A program made the position numbers and the translations under genes. 64,000 bases of DNA from a virus (taxonomy: Duplodnaviria; Caudoviricetes): positions 21,788 through 85,787 of IMG/VR virus record IMGVR_UViG_3300010011_000004. One strand, written 5' to 3'. Below, piece by piece: positions 36,686 through 47,005 of this stretch; within the stretch, counting starts at the first letter, position 1; the number at the start of each line of letters is the position of its first letter. The notes under the pieces were generated by a model. That model ran no database searches. It was not told where the DNA came from and saw only the letters and a program-made list of their open reading frames with translations.

Positions 36686-38065
36686 TTAATTGGTGTTGCT
36701 TGGAGCTTTTGAATCGGCTTTTAAAGGATTCTTACCTTCCAACGGAAGTTCATCATCAGGTTCTTTGTCAGGCTTATTTCTGCCGATTTCTGCAACACCG
36801 TCATCTTCAGGTAATAAGTCTTTATCTTCTTTACCTATCTCAGATTTATTCATTCCAGATACGCCATTATCTTCGGGTAATAGATTTTTATCTTCTTTGC
36901 CTATTTCAGATTTATTTTTATTTACTATGCTGTCATCCTCTAATGACTCCCAATCAAATGGATTAATAGATGATCCTTCTAAAGATTCAACTTTTTCTAG
37001 ATCATCTTCATCTGATTCTTCTAGATCTTCATCCAGTTCTTCTAGATCTTCATCCAACTCTTCGTCAATAAATTCGTTCGATTCTTTGCTTAAATCTTTA
37101 GGCATATCCAGATTTTCATCATCTAAGTCATTTGATTCGCTATCTAAGTCGACAAGATCATCATCTTCGAGCTCATCTTCAACGACTACTTGCCCTTCGA
37201 CATTACCAGGAGAGCTTTTGTTAATTATATCTAATGCTTTAGATTCATATTCTTCTAAATCATTACGGAGTGCTTCCATAGCTTCATCAAGATCAGGCGA
37301 ATTAGGATTAGTTGAATTTAACTCATCCAATCTATCTTGGATCGTTATTTTAATATTTACTAAATCGGTAATAGCATCCAGATCTGGAACAACATCGATC
37401 GCATTATCTATAGCTGATATCAAATGATCAGCTCTTTCAGTTAGCTCATTTATTTCTTCTAGTACTTTGTCACCAATGTTATCATCGTCTTCGAATTCTT
37501 CTTCATCAACGTTAATATCAAGTTCATCTTCTTTATTATTTTTGCCGACATTAAATTTAGGAAGATCATCTTTGGGTATACTTGTGAGATCTTCGTGTGT
37601 ATCAGAATCGAGATCGTCCTCTGGTGCAGCCGCCATAGCAGCATTTTGTTGATTATTGCGTATAAATTCATCGGCTTTGGCTTTATTATTTGTTTGAAAA
37701 ACAATTTTCTCTTGACCGCCTTCATTAACTACTACATAATAGTTCCCGACGCTGTCAGATATGACTCTCATTTGAGCCGCAGCTATAGTTTTTGTCTTTT
37801 CAGGTTTTCTATCAGCGGTTAATGATTCGATAGAATCTTTAACGTATTCTCTAGTTACATACAGATCAATAACCGATAAATTATCCAATTCATTGTAAAT
37901 ATCAGCTATTAAATTATCATAATCCTCATTTTTATCCTGCATATTTGATACCAAGCTAGTTAGCATAAATTTTATATCATCTTTTAATCTATTTTTAACC
38001 ATTTTGAATATTAGCCTCCTATATATTTGAGTTTCCAATATATATTTAAATTTACTTTTAAACAC
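36686..38065 (-). CDS. Highly acidic head-region protein with a short tandem repeat
   Basis: Lies between portal and protease; repeat NKSEIGKEDK(N/D)LLPED(N/D)GV x2. Confidence 0.65.
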   Translation of the reverse strand: MFKSKFKYILETQIYRRLIFKMVKNRLKDDIKFMLTSLVSNMQDKNEDYDNLIADIYNELDNLSVIDLYVTREYVKDSIESLTADRKPEKTKTIAAAQMRVISDSVGNYYVVVNEGGQEKIVFQTNNKAKADEFIRNNQQNAAMAAAPEDDLDSDTHEDLTSIPKDDLPKFNVGKNNKEDELDINVDEEEFEDDDNIGDKVLEEINELTERADHLISAIDNAIDVVPDLDAITDLVNIKITIQDRLDELNSTNPNSPDLDEAMEALRNDLEEYESKALDIINKSSPGNVEGQVVVEDELEDDDLVDLDSESNDLDDENLDMPKDLSKESNEFIDEELDEDLEELDEDLEESDEDDLEKVESLEGSSINPFDWESLEDDSIVNKNKSEIGKEDKNLLPEDNGVSGMNKSEIGKEDKDLLPEDDGVAEIGRNKPDKEPDDELPLEGKNPLKADSKAPSNTN

Positions 38066-38077
38066 TTTTTAACATTT

Positions 38078-39952
38078 TTACAATTCTTCCGGAACTTCTT
38101 CAGTTTCAGTTTCTTCGGTTTCTTCTTCACCAAATTCTATTTCGCCAAGAGGACCTTCAAGTGATTCTGATTCTACTTCTTCAGCGCCTTCTCCTAATTC
38201 TGTACCACCTAAACCTTCGCCTTCAAATCCGCCACCTAGACCACCGCCTAAACCACCACCTTCTAGCATGCCTTCTTCATTTAATTTTCCTGGTTCTTGT
38301 TCATTAAATATGATTAAATTCTTCTGTTGCTCTACCATATCTACCATATCTTCAATATCATCATCACTGAGCCCAACTATATTTTTTAACACCCACAATT
38401 TAGGAACATTAGGAAATGATTTCATAAATGAATCAGCCGTATTTAGTCGATTATAAATATTTTCTGTTCTTATATTATCTTCAATTGTTTTAGGTGCTGG
38501 TAAAGATAAAGTAACTTTGTTATAAAATTGTGGATTGTTTGTTAACAAGAAACACGCATTAACTAATTCATTTAATGCGTTATTAATATCCGTTTGATAC
38601 TTTCTTATCGTCCTGCTGAACTTTATATCTTCTAGAGTTAATAAAGCTCTTGTGCTAGCTGATTGTTCTTCAGCCAGATATGCTGGTGGAATTCCTAATG
38701 CAGCTATAAGTTTTTTCTTAAAATATTCGGCATCATTAATATAAGGAGATATATCTCCACTAGGAACTGGTTCAGCTTTGATTAGTGGCTGCCCATTGAT
38801 AGAAGGACTCCATATATCTTCTTCTAATGACATCATTTCAGGTATAGAATCTAGAGCTGTAGTACCATTGTTTTCTGGATCGATAACTCTTTGGCGTCTT
38901 ATTCTGTCCATTATTCCATTAATTAATGAAGGAATTTCTGATTCTGGAGTCGATCCAACTTCGATGTTCCATACTGTTCTTAATGGAGTACGAGTCGCTC
39001 GATAGATAGACAGTGCAGCTTCAACTAACAGCAATTGCTTAGCAATCGATCTTACTGGATCGAATAATGATGTACCGTAAGGATAATACATATTATTGTA
39101 ATAAACTGGAAATTTAACATATCTTCTAGGCGAAAGATATTTATATTTAGCTCCCTGATTCTTAAATAAATCTTCCATTAGTGCTTTAATCTGCATCTCA
39201 ATATGTCTTTCTTTATCGTCATCCATTCTGCGAATATCGCTTACTATTGAAATGAATTTATCTGGAACATCAATGTTTAACGTCGGATACGCATATGATA
39301 ACATATCTAACAATTTAGATGATTCAGCTTCTTGTTGAATTATAACTCCCAGTTCTATATCAGTTTTTTGGTCATAAAGTATAGTACAGTTCTTCGGCGT
39401 GTGTAATATATATCGTATACCTGATTCTGTTGTGTCTAATTCAACTATTGAATCTCCATAAAGAAGTGTAGTATATATTATCTGTGGCAATATATCAAAA
39501 AATTTACTTCTATTCAACATTACTCTACATAATGTTTTAGCGCTTTTGCTCAGCGGAGTATCATCACTTATATCAAATTGCATTTGGTTTTCTCTATCGC
39601 CGACATTAGGTGCTAATATGCTGTCGACGTAAACTTGCAAAGCTTGAGATGCTTCAGGTATTCTGTACAATATTTGTTCATATTCACTATAACGCGCTGC
39701 TCTTCCAACTTGCAGATCGAAGAATTTTTCGAATAATGACTGTCCAAATATATTGGATGATGTAACAGATTGCAATAGTTTTGAAAGCTCTTTTTGAGGT
39801 ATTAATTTGGATATATCTAGTTTCTTAGCAGAATCATCATATATCTGACTATCATACATCAATTTATTATATTGCTGTAAGTATTTGTTCAGTCTATCAC
39901 CTATATTTCCAAATAATGCGGCTTTATCTCTAGGCAATATTATCATCTCCAT
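38078..39952 (-). CDS. Portal protein (gp20-like)
   Basis: IYRATRTPLRTVWNIEVG, EEDIW, YFKKKLIAALGIP, EDIKFSRTI. Confidence 0.9.
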   Translation of the reverse strand: MEMIILPRDKAALFGNIGDRLNKYLQQYNKLMYDSQIYDDSAKKLDISKLIPQKELSKLLQSVTSSNIFGQSLFEKFFDLQVGRAARYSEYEQILYRIPEASQALQVYVDSILAPNVGDRENQMQFDISDDTPLSKSAKTLCRVMLNRSKFFDILPQIIYTTLLYGDSIVELDTTESGIRYILHTPKNCTILYDQKTDIELGVIIQQEAESSKLLDMLSYAYPTLNIDVPDKFISIVSDIRRMDDDKERHIEMQIKALMEDLFKNQGAKYKYLSPRRYVKFPVYYNNMYYPYGTSLFDPVRSIAKQLLLVEAALSIYRATRTPLRTVWNIEVGSTPESEIPSLINGIMDRIRRQRVIDPENNGTTALDSIPEMMSLEEDIWSPSINGQPLIKAEPVPSGDISPYINDAEYFKKKLIAALGIPPAYLAEEQSASTRALLTLEDIKFSRTIRKYQTDINNALNELVNACFLLTNNPQFYNKVTLSLPAPKTIEDNIRTENIYNRLNTADSFMKSFPNVPKLWVLKNIVGLSDDDIEDMVDMVEQQKNLIIFNEQEPGKLNEEGMLEGGGLGGGLGGGFEGEGLGGTELGEGAEEVESESLEGPLGEIEFGEEETEETETEEVPEEL

Positions 39953-40514
39953 TCTGGTTATCTTCTGTTACAATGGATTCTTCTTCGTCTAATTCTTTTT
40001 GTAATTTTTCCACGCTAAAATATTCCGCTGGTTTTTGCTCAGACACGCTAGTTATAGCGGCTACATCTTGTTGAGTATCGATAATATCATGACATTCAGC
40101 TTCAAGCGTATGATCATCAATTTCAGGATGTATATTATTTTGATCCAGTTTATTAAAAACAGCTAGCAATAAATTTCCAGCTGTACCAGCTAGTTGATAA
40201 CTAGCATCACAGCTTTTCTCCTTTATTTCCAATTCTTTTTTCTTGGTCAATATATCTAAAATAGCTTTTTTAGTTTGGATACGTTTCAAAGGTAATTCTG
40301 ATTTAAGTCTAAGCATGTTAGTAATAGCTTCTATATTTGAAGCTCGCAATGCTCTTCTATCATTAAAATTAGAAAATAAATTTAATATATTGTTCAGAAT
40401 CAAGTCGACTTGTTGGTCAACAGATTCTGTCTTCTCTAATTCTTCTTCAAGTGAATCGATGTATTTATTTAATTGCTCTTCATCTTTTAGTAAATCAATG
40501 TTTAAGCGTTTCAT
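39930..40514 (-). CDS. Hypothetical helical protein, 194 aa
   Basis: Overlaps the portal start. Confidence 0.6.
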   Translation of the reverse strand: MKRLNIDLLKDEEQLNKYIDSLEEELEKTESVDQQVDLILNNILNLFSNFNDRRALRASNIEAITNMLRLKSELPLKRIQTKKAILDILTKKKELEIKEKSCDASYQLAGTAGNLLLAVFNKLDQNNIHPEIDDHTLEAECHDIIDTQQDVAAITSVSEQKPAEYFSVEKLQKELDEEESIVTEDNQNGDDNIA

Positions 40515-41419
40515 AATATCTCCTCTTCTTTATTTGTATTTTCCTGTTCAATATTATTATTTTCTTCAGGTATTTCAGCCAGTTTTTCTTCTTTTATTTC
40601 TGGTATATTTTCTTTTTCTGGTGTAACTTCCTCTATCTCTCGCTCTTCAGTTTTTTCTTGAGGCTGAGCAGTTTGTGGCTGATTTGTACTAGCAAACTTT
40701 TCCTGAATTTTATCATTCAATTTGCCAGCTGTCAATTCTCTAAATAATTTTTTAACTTCGTCAGATTTAATCTTATCGATATTTTTCAGCGCACTTTCGA
40801 TGACATTCTTTATACCTTTGTCTCCCAATTGTTTTTTCAATCTTTCTAATCCCTTTGGAGACATTAAGCCAAACGCCGTTTTATAATATGGTATAAGACC
40901 TTTAGCAAATTCATTAATATTCTTTTCAAAATTAACTAAAACAAGCCATAAATGTTTGCAAACTAAAAAATTACGACCAGGATCTCTAATATCTGGTGGT
41001 CTTATTTCACCTGGTCCATAACAAGATCCTATTTGTGTTAAATTGTATTTAGCTCCCCAATAAAGAAAAGAGCTATCAGTACAGAATAGCTTGGCTTCAT
41101 CGTGAATTAAAAATGTTTTGATAAAATTTACTATTTGATCTTCAGGTGTATCGATCAAATATAGAAGTAACAATGCTGGCTCAAATTTTTTAAAATCGAC
41201 TAACTTAACATACTGATCATAAGACTTACCTGATATTCTTGATCTAGTTGTAAATTTTATTGTACCATTTATCAGGAACGAATAATACAACGCTGATCTA
41301 ACATTAACGTAAGACTCCCAATCTTTTGAATTCAGATGCAAGCCTCGATGTTGGCTGTATTGTCTTTTAGCATAATCAAGCAGATAATTTAATTTAGCCG
41401 ATAAAACTGTTTTTTTCAT
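40511..41419 (-). CDS. SWIM-type zinc finger protein
   Basis: FCTDSSFLYWG...VCKHL. Confidence 0.55.
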   Translation of the reverse strand: MKKTVLSAKLNYLLDYAKRQYSQHRGLHLNSKDWESYVNVRSALYYSFLINGTIKFTTRSRISGKSYDQYVKLVDFKKFEPALLLLYLIDTPEDQIVNFIKTFLIHDEAKLFCTDSSFLYWGAKYNLTQIGSCYGPGEIRPPDIRDPGRNFLVCKHLWLVLVNFEKNINEFAKGLIPYYKTAFGLMSPKGLERLKKQLGDKGIKNVIESALKNIDKIKSDEVKKLFRELTAGKLNDKIQEKFASTNQPQTAQPQEKTEEREIEEVTPEKENIPEIKEEKLAEIPEENNNIEQENTNKEEEIL

Positions 41420-41435
41420 TCTTAAATCTCCTCAC

Positions 41436-42233
41436 CTATTGTAAGGCGTACATTAAATAATAAGGAAATTGCATTATCGAATACAGTAAGTGCGGACAAA
41501 AGTAATTTGCCGCCCCAAGTTTTTTAGAATGTTTTCTTATATATTCTGGACAAGTGCATCTAGCAAAGAATTCAGTAAATCCCAACATAGAAAAGTATAA
41601 AAACAGTGTATTATAATCTTTGCTCAACTTTAACGGAGTACCTTTGAGTCCATATATGTTGACATATTTATCATTGGGTATAATTCCAATTATGTTCTGT
41701 AAAACCATGCCATAATTACCATCTCTAAAGACAGAACTAAATTCAACTTTACCACTGCTCTTGTCAATTTTAATATTATTTACTGAAAAATAGTTATTCA
41801 GCACTCTATCTTTAACCCAATTAAATATTTGTTTAGCTTCATTCTCTTTATTTTTATCATTTTTTATTTTGTTTAAATCTTTTGATTTATTTCTATCAAA
41901 TAGAAACTCCAATCCAAAAGGAAAATATCTTTTTGATTTTAAGAAATCTAAATTATATCCAAGTAAAGCTTCTGGAGCATCGGATATAATAATTGATACC
42001 ACAGAATTTTCAATATCCACATGAGTATATTTTACATAAGGATTCTTGATATTATTTACAGGCTTGCTAGCTGTAATAGCTCTCTTTAGTTTCTTATTTA
42101 AATTTATTAGATCTCGTGCATCTCTTTCAGCTTCTTTATACTTAAGTATATTTCCGCCATAATTGTTATTTAATATAGAAAATACTAATTTAATAAATTG
42201 ATTTTCTTTCTCATGCCTTAACAGCGTTGACAA
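41436..42233 (-). CDS. SWIM-type zinc finger protein
   Basis: RCTCPEY...FCPHL. Confidence 0.55.
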   Translation of the reverse strand: MSTLLRHEKENQFIKLVFSILNNNYGGNILKYKEAERDARDLINLNKKLKRAITASKPVNNIKNPYVKYTHVDIENSVVSIIISDAPEALLGYNLDFLKSKRYFPFGLEFLFDRNKSKDLNKIKNDKNKENEAKQIFNWVKDRVLNNYFSVNNIKIDKSSGKVEFSSVFRDGNYGMVLQNIIGIIPNDKYVNIYGLKGTPLKLSKDYNTLFLYFSMLGFTEFFARCTCPEYIRKHSKKLGAANYFCPHLLYSIMQFPYYLMYALQ

Positions 42234-42247
42234 TTTGCATATCTCCT

Positions 42248-43570
42248 TTAAGCTCTGAAATTAATGCAATTATTTTTGAATTCAAGCAATTTCTTAATTA
42301 TATCATTTTTATTTTCTTTCATATACTTAATCATACTATTTTCTCTTTTAACTATTTCCAAGAACTGCTGTTTTTTAGCTTCATCCATATTGTCATTTAA
42401 TCTAATATTATAGTTGCGCAGTTTGGCTTCAATTTTTTCTTTAACCCAATCCCGGAATAGCTTGTAAACTTTATTATTTGATTCTTCATCATCTACTAAT
42501 TCTGGATCTATTATCGTCAAATTCATTATCTCGACTATAGTCGGAGAATGCTTTGCTATAATCTTCTCAGATATTTTTGAATTAACTAAATCGCTAAAAA
42601 ATTCCGCAAAAATTTTTTCAAAACATATTTTTTTCATTTTTCCTGATAATATGTTAAATGAGTAAGCCAATATATTTTGATGTAGATAGTTTATATTATC
42701 GACATCTTCGATTGATTCAATTATTTTTTCTATATCATCATTTTTAGATCCAAAAGATTCTAAATAAATATCATTTTCGATATTAACAGAATCGATTTTA
42801 TCTAATATATCATCTTCAACATTAATATTATAATATTCATCTTCTACGTTATTGTTTACAACAGTGCTGACGAACAGCTCTTCTCCTACACCGTCGTCAT
42901 CGTCGTCGACAGAACTAATATCATTTATCCTTACCGTATTGTATTTTTCTCTTAAATTTATAACATTATAATATATCGCTGATCGATGGCTTATGCCGAC
43001 GAATACACTGAACATTACCTTTGACGTATCAATTTTTGGCAAATATTTTATAATAGCTAACCAAGCATTATTAACGGCTTCTTCAAATTCAGGACTTTTA
43101 GGACTTATAACTTTAGATCCTATTACTTTACGGATACTTAAATCGACGATCGGATATATTTTTTCCAATATTTCTTGTTTCTTTAATGTACATATCTTAA
43201 AAATTTTGGAATTTTTACCAAGGTGGATCCAGCCTATCAATTCATATATTTTATACTGATCCACTAAATCTTTCAGCTTATATTCGTCTTCTAAAGATAT
43301 TTGAATTTTATCATCATTTCCAGTTTCTTCAGCTATTGTTAAATATTGTTTTTTCTTTAAAAAAGATTCGGAATTTAATTCTAATTCATTTCTATACCTT
43401 TTAGCCTTACTAAATATCTCATACATAATTTCATTAATTCTAGTAGACGAATAATTTTTCATAGTAAAAATTTTTTGTATTAAATGAGGATCCTTAAAGA
43501 CTAATCCGACTAACCAATCATCCTCATTAAAGCTCCAATTAAAAGGTGATTTATCTATTATGTCTAACAT
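42248..43570 (-). CDS. Second sigma-factor-like protein, 440 aa
   Basis: EEAVNNAWLAIIKYLPKIDTSKVMFSVF aligns with region 2 of 1810..2763, followed by an acidic linker. Confidence 0.45.
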   Translation of the reverse strand: MLDIIDKSPFNWSFNEDDWLVGLVFKDPHLIQKIFTMKNYSSTRINEIMYEIFSKAKRYRNELELNSESFLKKKQYLTIAEETGNDDKIQISLEDEYKLKDLVDQYKIYELIGWIHLGKNSKIFKICTLKKQEILEKIYPIVDLSIRKVIGSKVISPKSPEFEEAVNNAWLAIIKYLPKIDTSKVMFSVFVGISHRSAIYYNVINLREKYNTVRINDISSVDDDDDGVGEELFVSTVVNNNVEDEYYNINVEDDILDKIDSVNIENDIYLESFGSKNDDIEKIIESIEDVDNINYLHQNILAYSFNILSGKMKKICFEKIFAEFFSDLVNSKISEKIIAKHSPTIVEIMNLTIIDPELVDDEESNNKVYKLFRDWVKEKIEAKLRNYNIRLNDNMDEAKKQQFLEIVKRENSMIKYMKENKNDIIKKLLEFKNNCINFRA

Positions 43571-43733
43571 TCGACTAAATCATGCCCCCACTCTATATTA
43601 ATTTTAGAAATTGCACTATGCCAATACGGAAATTAATAATATAGTATTCATAGTACTATATATTTAATACTAACTTATAATAAAAAGTAAAAAATTGTAA
43701 CTTTCAGCGCGCAATTAGTTTATCTAACATCAC

Positions 43734-45104
43734 CAAGAATACTCCCACCTCTTTAGGTGGGAGATGAATTGGTAATAAACATAGAAAGCGAGGTGATAAT
43801 ATGAAACTATCTTTCAAATTCAAGCCTAAACTTACTAAATTACAATTAAATATCATTGAAGAATTATCTTTTCACACTACTAAACTATATAATATAGTTA
43901 ATTACGATTGTAGAGAAAACGGATTTAAGTCATATATTGAAGCAGAAAAAGAATATAAAGAAAATTGGCACAACCAGTTTCTCCATTCACATACTTATCA
44001 ACAATGTTTAAAGGTATTAGAGAAGAACTGGAAGTCATATTTTGCTTCAATAAAGGATTATAAAAAGAATCCTAATAAATACAAAGGAGAACCAAAACCG
44101 CCGAAGTTTAAGAATCATACTAGCAAAAAGAACGAAGTAATATTTACAGAAGCAGGAATAAGAGTTAAAAATAATATATTAATGTTGTCTTTGTCTAAAG
44201 CAATGCAAGAAAAGTTTCAGGTTAAGAGTTTAAATTTCTCTATAGATACAGAGAAATTGCCTGTAAATTTTGAAGCATTGCAACAGATAAAGATAAAATG
44301 GGATAATTCTATTAAGCAATGGTATTTAATACTTATCTACAACAAAGAAGAAAAAAATAAAGTAACTGGTAACAATATAATGTCAATTGATTTAGGCAGA
44401 GATAATCTTGCTACATTAACTTTTTTAGAAGATACTGAATCCTACTTGATAGATGGTAAAGTATTAAAATCTAAAATAAGTTACTACAATAAAGAAATAG
44501 CAAGATTAAATTCTATAGGTATGAAGCAAGTTGGTGATAGCAAGAAGTTTAAAAACACAAAGCAAATAAACAAACTATATGCCAAAAGAGATAACTTTGT
44601 AAATAATTATATCCATAAAGCAAGTAGAAAAATAATAGATTTAGCATTACAACATAATTGCAATACAATAGTAATTGGAGATATAGAAGGAATAAAACAA
44701 GAAAATGATATAAAATCTTTTGTAAATATGCCACACCAAAAACTAGTAGATAAAATTGAATATAAGGCTAAATTAGTAGGATTAAAAGTAGTATATGTAA
44801 AAGAAAATTATACAAGTGGTTGTAGTGCATTAGATTTAGAGAATATAAACAAAACCAATTATGATAAAAGTAGACGTATAGTAAGAGGGTTATTCAGAAG
44901 TAATAAAGGTATACTGGTTAATTCAGATGTGAATGGTAGTTTGAACATATTAAGAAAGTATGTGAAAGACAAATGTATTCCAAAACTGATACAGTCAGTG
45001 ATGGATAATGGTGTATTGAACACACCATTGAGAATAAGGGTTGCATAACCACGCTTCTCAAGAATCTCCACCTTCTAAGCGAAGCGTAAGGTGGAGAAGT
45101 TCAA
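43734..45104 (+). mobile_element. IS200/IS605-family tnpB-only element 2
   Basis: Left end caagaatactcccacc...ggtgggagatgaattg after TCAC; right end ctccacctt-ctaagcgaagcgt-aaggtggag ending in ttcaa. Confidence 0.9.
43801..45048 (+). CDS. tnpB: TnpB RNA-guided endonuclease (Zn-finger-less type)
   Basis: SIDLG, VIGDIE, ENYTSG, NSDVNGSLNI. Confidence 0.92.
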   Translation: MKLSFKFKPKLTKLQLNIIEELSFHTTKLYNIVNYDCRENGFKSYIEAEKEYKENWHNQFLHSHTYQQCLKVLEKNWKSYFASIKDYKKNPNKYKGEPKPPKFKNHTSKKNEVIFTEAGIRVKNNILMLSLSKAMQEKFQVKSLNFSIDTEKLPVNFEALQQIKIKWDNSIKQWYLILIYNKEEKNKVTGNNIMSIDLGRDNLATLTFLEDTESYLIDGKVLKSKISYYNKEIARLNSIGMKQVGDSKKFKNTKQINKLYAKRDNFVNNYIHKASRKIIDLALQHNCNTIVIGDIEGIKQENDIKSFVNMPHQKLVDKIEYKAKLVGLKVVYVKENYTSGCSALDLENINKTNYDKSRRIVRGLFRSNKGILVNSDVNGSLNILRKYVKDKCIPKLIQSVMDNGVLNTPLRIRVA

Positions 45105-45161
45105 TTATAAATAGATAAGTTATTTATGACGATTAAGATGCATAAGTGGTGATATAAAAGA

Positions 45162-46991
45162 ATGATAACCAACAATGCTACAGATACAAAACAACTCTTA
45201 GAAGAATTAATAGAAAATCGTAAAGATCCTATACGCTGGATGGAAAATAATATCAAGATCCAGCATCCGGCGCACGGTTTAATACCATTCAATATGTATG
45301 ATTTTCAGAAGAAAATAGTAAAGTTGTTTTTGGCTAAGCATTTTATCATAACTCTTAAGTCAAGGCAGATAGGTATGTCGACATTAGTACAAGCTATATG
45401 TTTATGGAGTTTGCTGCATTATTCTAATTACAACATACTTATTATTTCAGCTGGGCAAAGGAATGCTGCGTCTTTTCTGTCTAAGATAAGAAAGATGTAC
45501 GATACATTACCTAATAGTGCTTGGAAGCTTAAATTAGAGATTGATAATAGACAATCGCTATCATTTTCTAATGGATCAAAAATAACGGCTATACCTGCGA
45601 CAAGAAGTGCTTCTCTTGGTGAATCAATTAACCTATTAGTTATTGACGAAGCGGCATTCATCGAGAAAGTAGAAGATGTTTATCAAGCTGCATATCCGAC
45701 GATATCTAGAGCATTCAAATCCAGTAAAGGTAAACCATATGGCATTATAATTATCTCGACACCTAATGGCATTTCCGGAACAGGTAAATGGTACTATCAA
45801 ATGTATGAAGGCGCGCTGAATAAAGATAATAAATATGTCCCTGTCAAAATACATTGGAGTGCTGTACCAGAGTATGATGATAATTGGTATTTAGATCAGT
45901 GCAGTCAGCTCAACTGGAATTACAGATCGATCGCTGCTGAATTGGAACTTTCGTTTGTATCTTCAGGTAATACTTACATTCCTGGGCAGATACTCGATTC
46001 AATCGCTACTGTTGATCCGATAGCCACTGATTATGACGATCATTTATGGATATTTGAGAATCCTATTCCTGGTGAGATTTATGTTGCTGGAGTCGACGTT
46101 GCCTATGGAGATAGAAAGGACTCAAGCACTATTCAGATATTAAAAGCTTCTACACTTGAACAGGTAGCGGAGTACGATTGCAATACTATAATTCCTGATG
46201 CATTTGCCGACGTTGTAATAAATCTAACAAGAAGATATAACAACTGTTTAGTTAATATAGAAAGAAATGCCGTCGGCAAAATACTGATCGATAAAATTTT
46301 AAGTAAAACAAATAATGGAATAGGTATGAACTTATTCCGTAACAAGTCTAATACTGAATTATCAAGCTATGATTATAATAAGGATTCATATCGCTCATAT
46401 ATAGGAACAGATGTTACTGCTGCATCTAGAGATATTCTATTAGCAAATATGTATAACATTATAATTGACAAATATACTGAAGCTGTAAATTCGATAATAT
46501 CGGCTGAAGAAGATATGTCTAATGCTAGAAGAAAATTTGAGATGATCATGCAGAACAGAAAAAGCAATAATACAATAAAAAAACAAGGGATTATAAAATC
46601 AGAAAGATTACACCATCAGCTGCTCAATTTTATCGTAGATGAACACGGTAAAGCTGATGGGCCAAAAACCGACTTGATATTCGCTTGGGTGCATGCTCTT
46701 TATGCTTATACAAAGAGCAAACCACTGTTGCTAAGGAATTACGCCAATATATTAAGCGCGGTAGCAGATGTTATGGATGCTAAGAAGAATCAGCTGGAAG
46801 CTATCAAATTTATGCAGGAATATTCAAACTCAACTTTATGGAATTCATTAAGACCTGAAGAAATACAGAAAATACTCGATGAAGAGTTAAATGACGTTAA
46901 ATCAAAAATTAATAATAATGAAGATAATAACAAAGAAAAATTTAATAGCTTGAGCAATATATATAAAGCTTTTTATGGCAAGAATTATTAG
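45162..46991 (+). CDS. terL: Terminase large subunit (gp17-like)
   Basis: KSRQIGMST, VIDEAAF, ISTPNG, AGVDVAYG. Confidence 0.95.
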   Translation: MITNNATDTKQLLEELIENRKDPIRWMENNIKIQHPAHGLIPFNMYDFQKKIVKLFLAKHFIITLKSRQIGMSTLVQAICLWSLLHYSNYNILIISAGQRNAASFLSKIRKMYDTLPNSAWKLKLEIDNRQSLSFSNGSKITAIPATRSASLGESINLLVIDEAAFIEKVEDVYQAAYPTISRAFKSSKGKPYGIIIISTPNGISGTGKWYYQMYEGALNKDNKYVPVKIHWSAVPEYDDNWYLDQCSQLNWNYRSIAAELELSFVSSGNTYIPGQILDSIATVDPIATDYDDHLWIFENPIPGEIYVAGVDVAYGDRKDSSTIQILKASTLEQVAEYDCNTIIPDAFADVVINLTRRYNNCLVNIERNAVGKILIDKILSKTNNGIGMNLFRNKSNTELSSYDYNKDSYRSYIGTDVTAASRDILLANMYNIIIDKYTEAVNSIISAEEDMSNARRKFEMIMQNRKSNNTIKKQGIIKSERLHHQLLNFIVDEHGKADGPKTDLIFAWVHALYAYTKSKPLLLRNYANILSAVADVMDAKKNQLEAIKFMQEYSNSTLWNSLRPEEIQKILDEELNDVKSKINNNEDNNKEKFNSLSNIYKAFYGKNY

Positions 46992-47005
46992 AGAGGTGAA
47001 ATGTA

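Noticed and set aside
36690-37427. 245-aa Ser-rich plus-strand ORF, and other antisense ORFs such as 7243..7941, 33022..33663, 34758..35255 and 4049..4507
   Set aside because: These are shadow frames of well-supported genes on the opposite strand, with no RBS or motifs.
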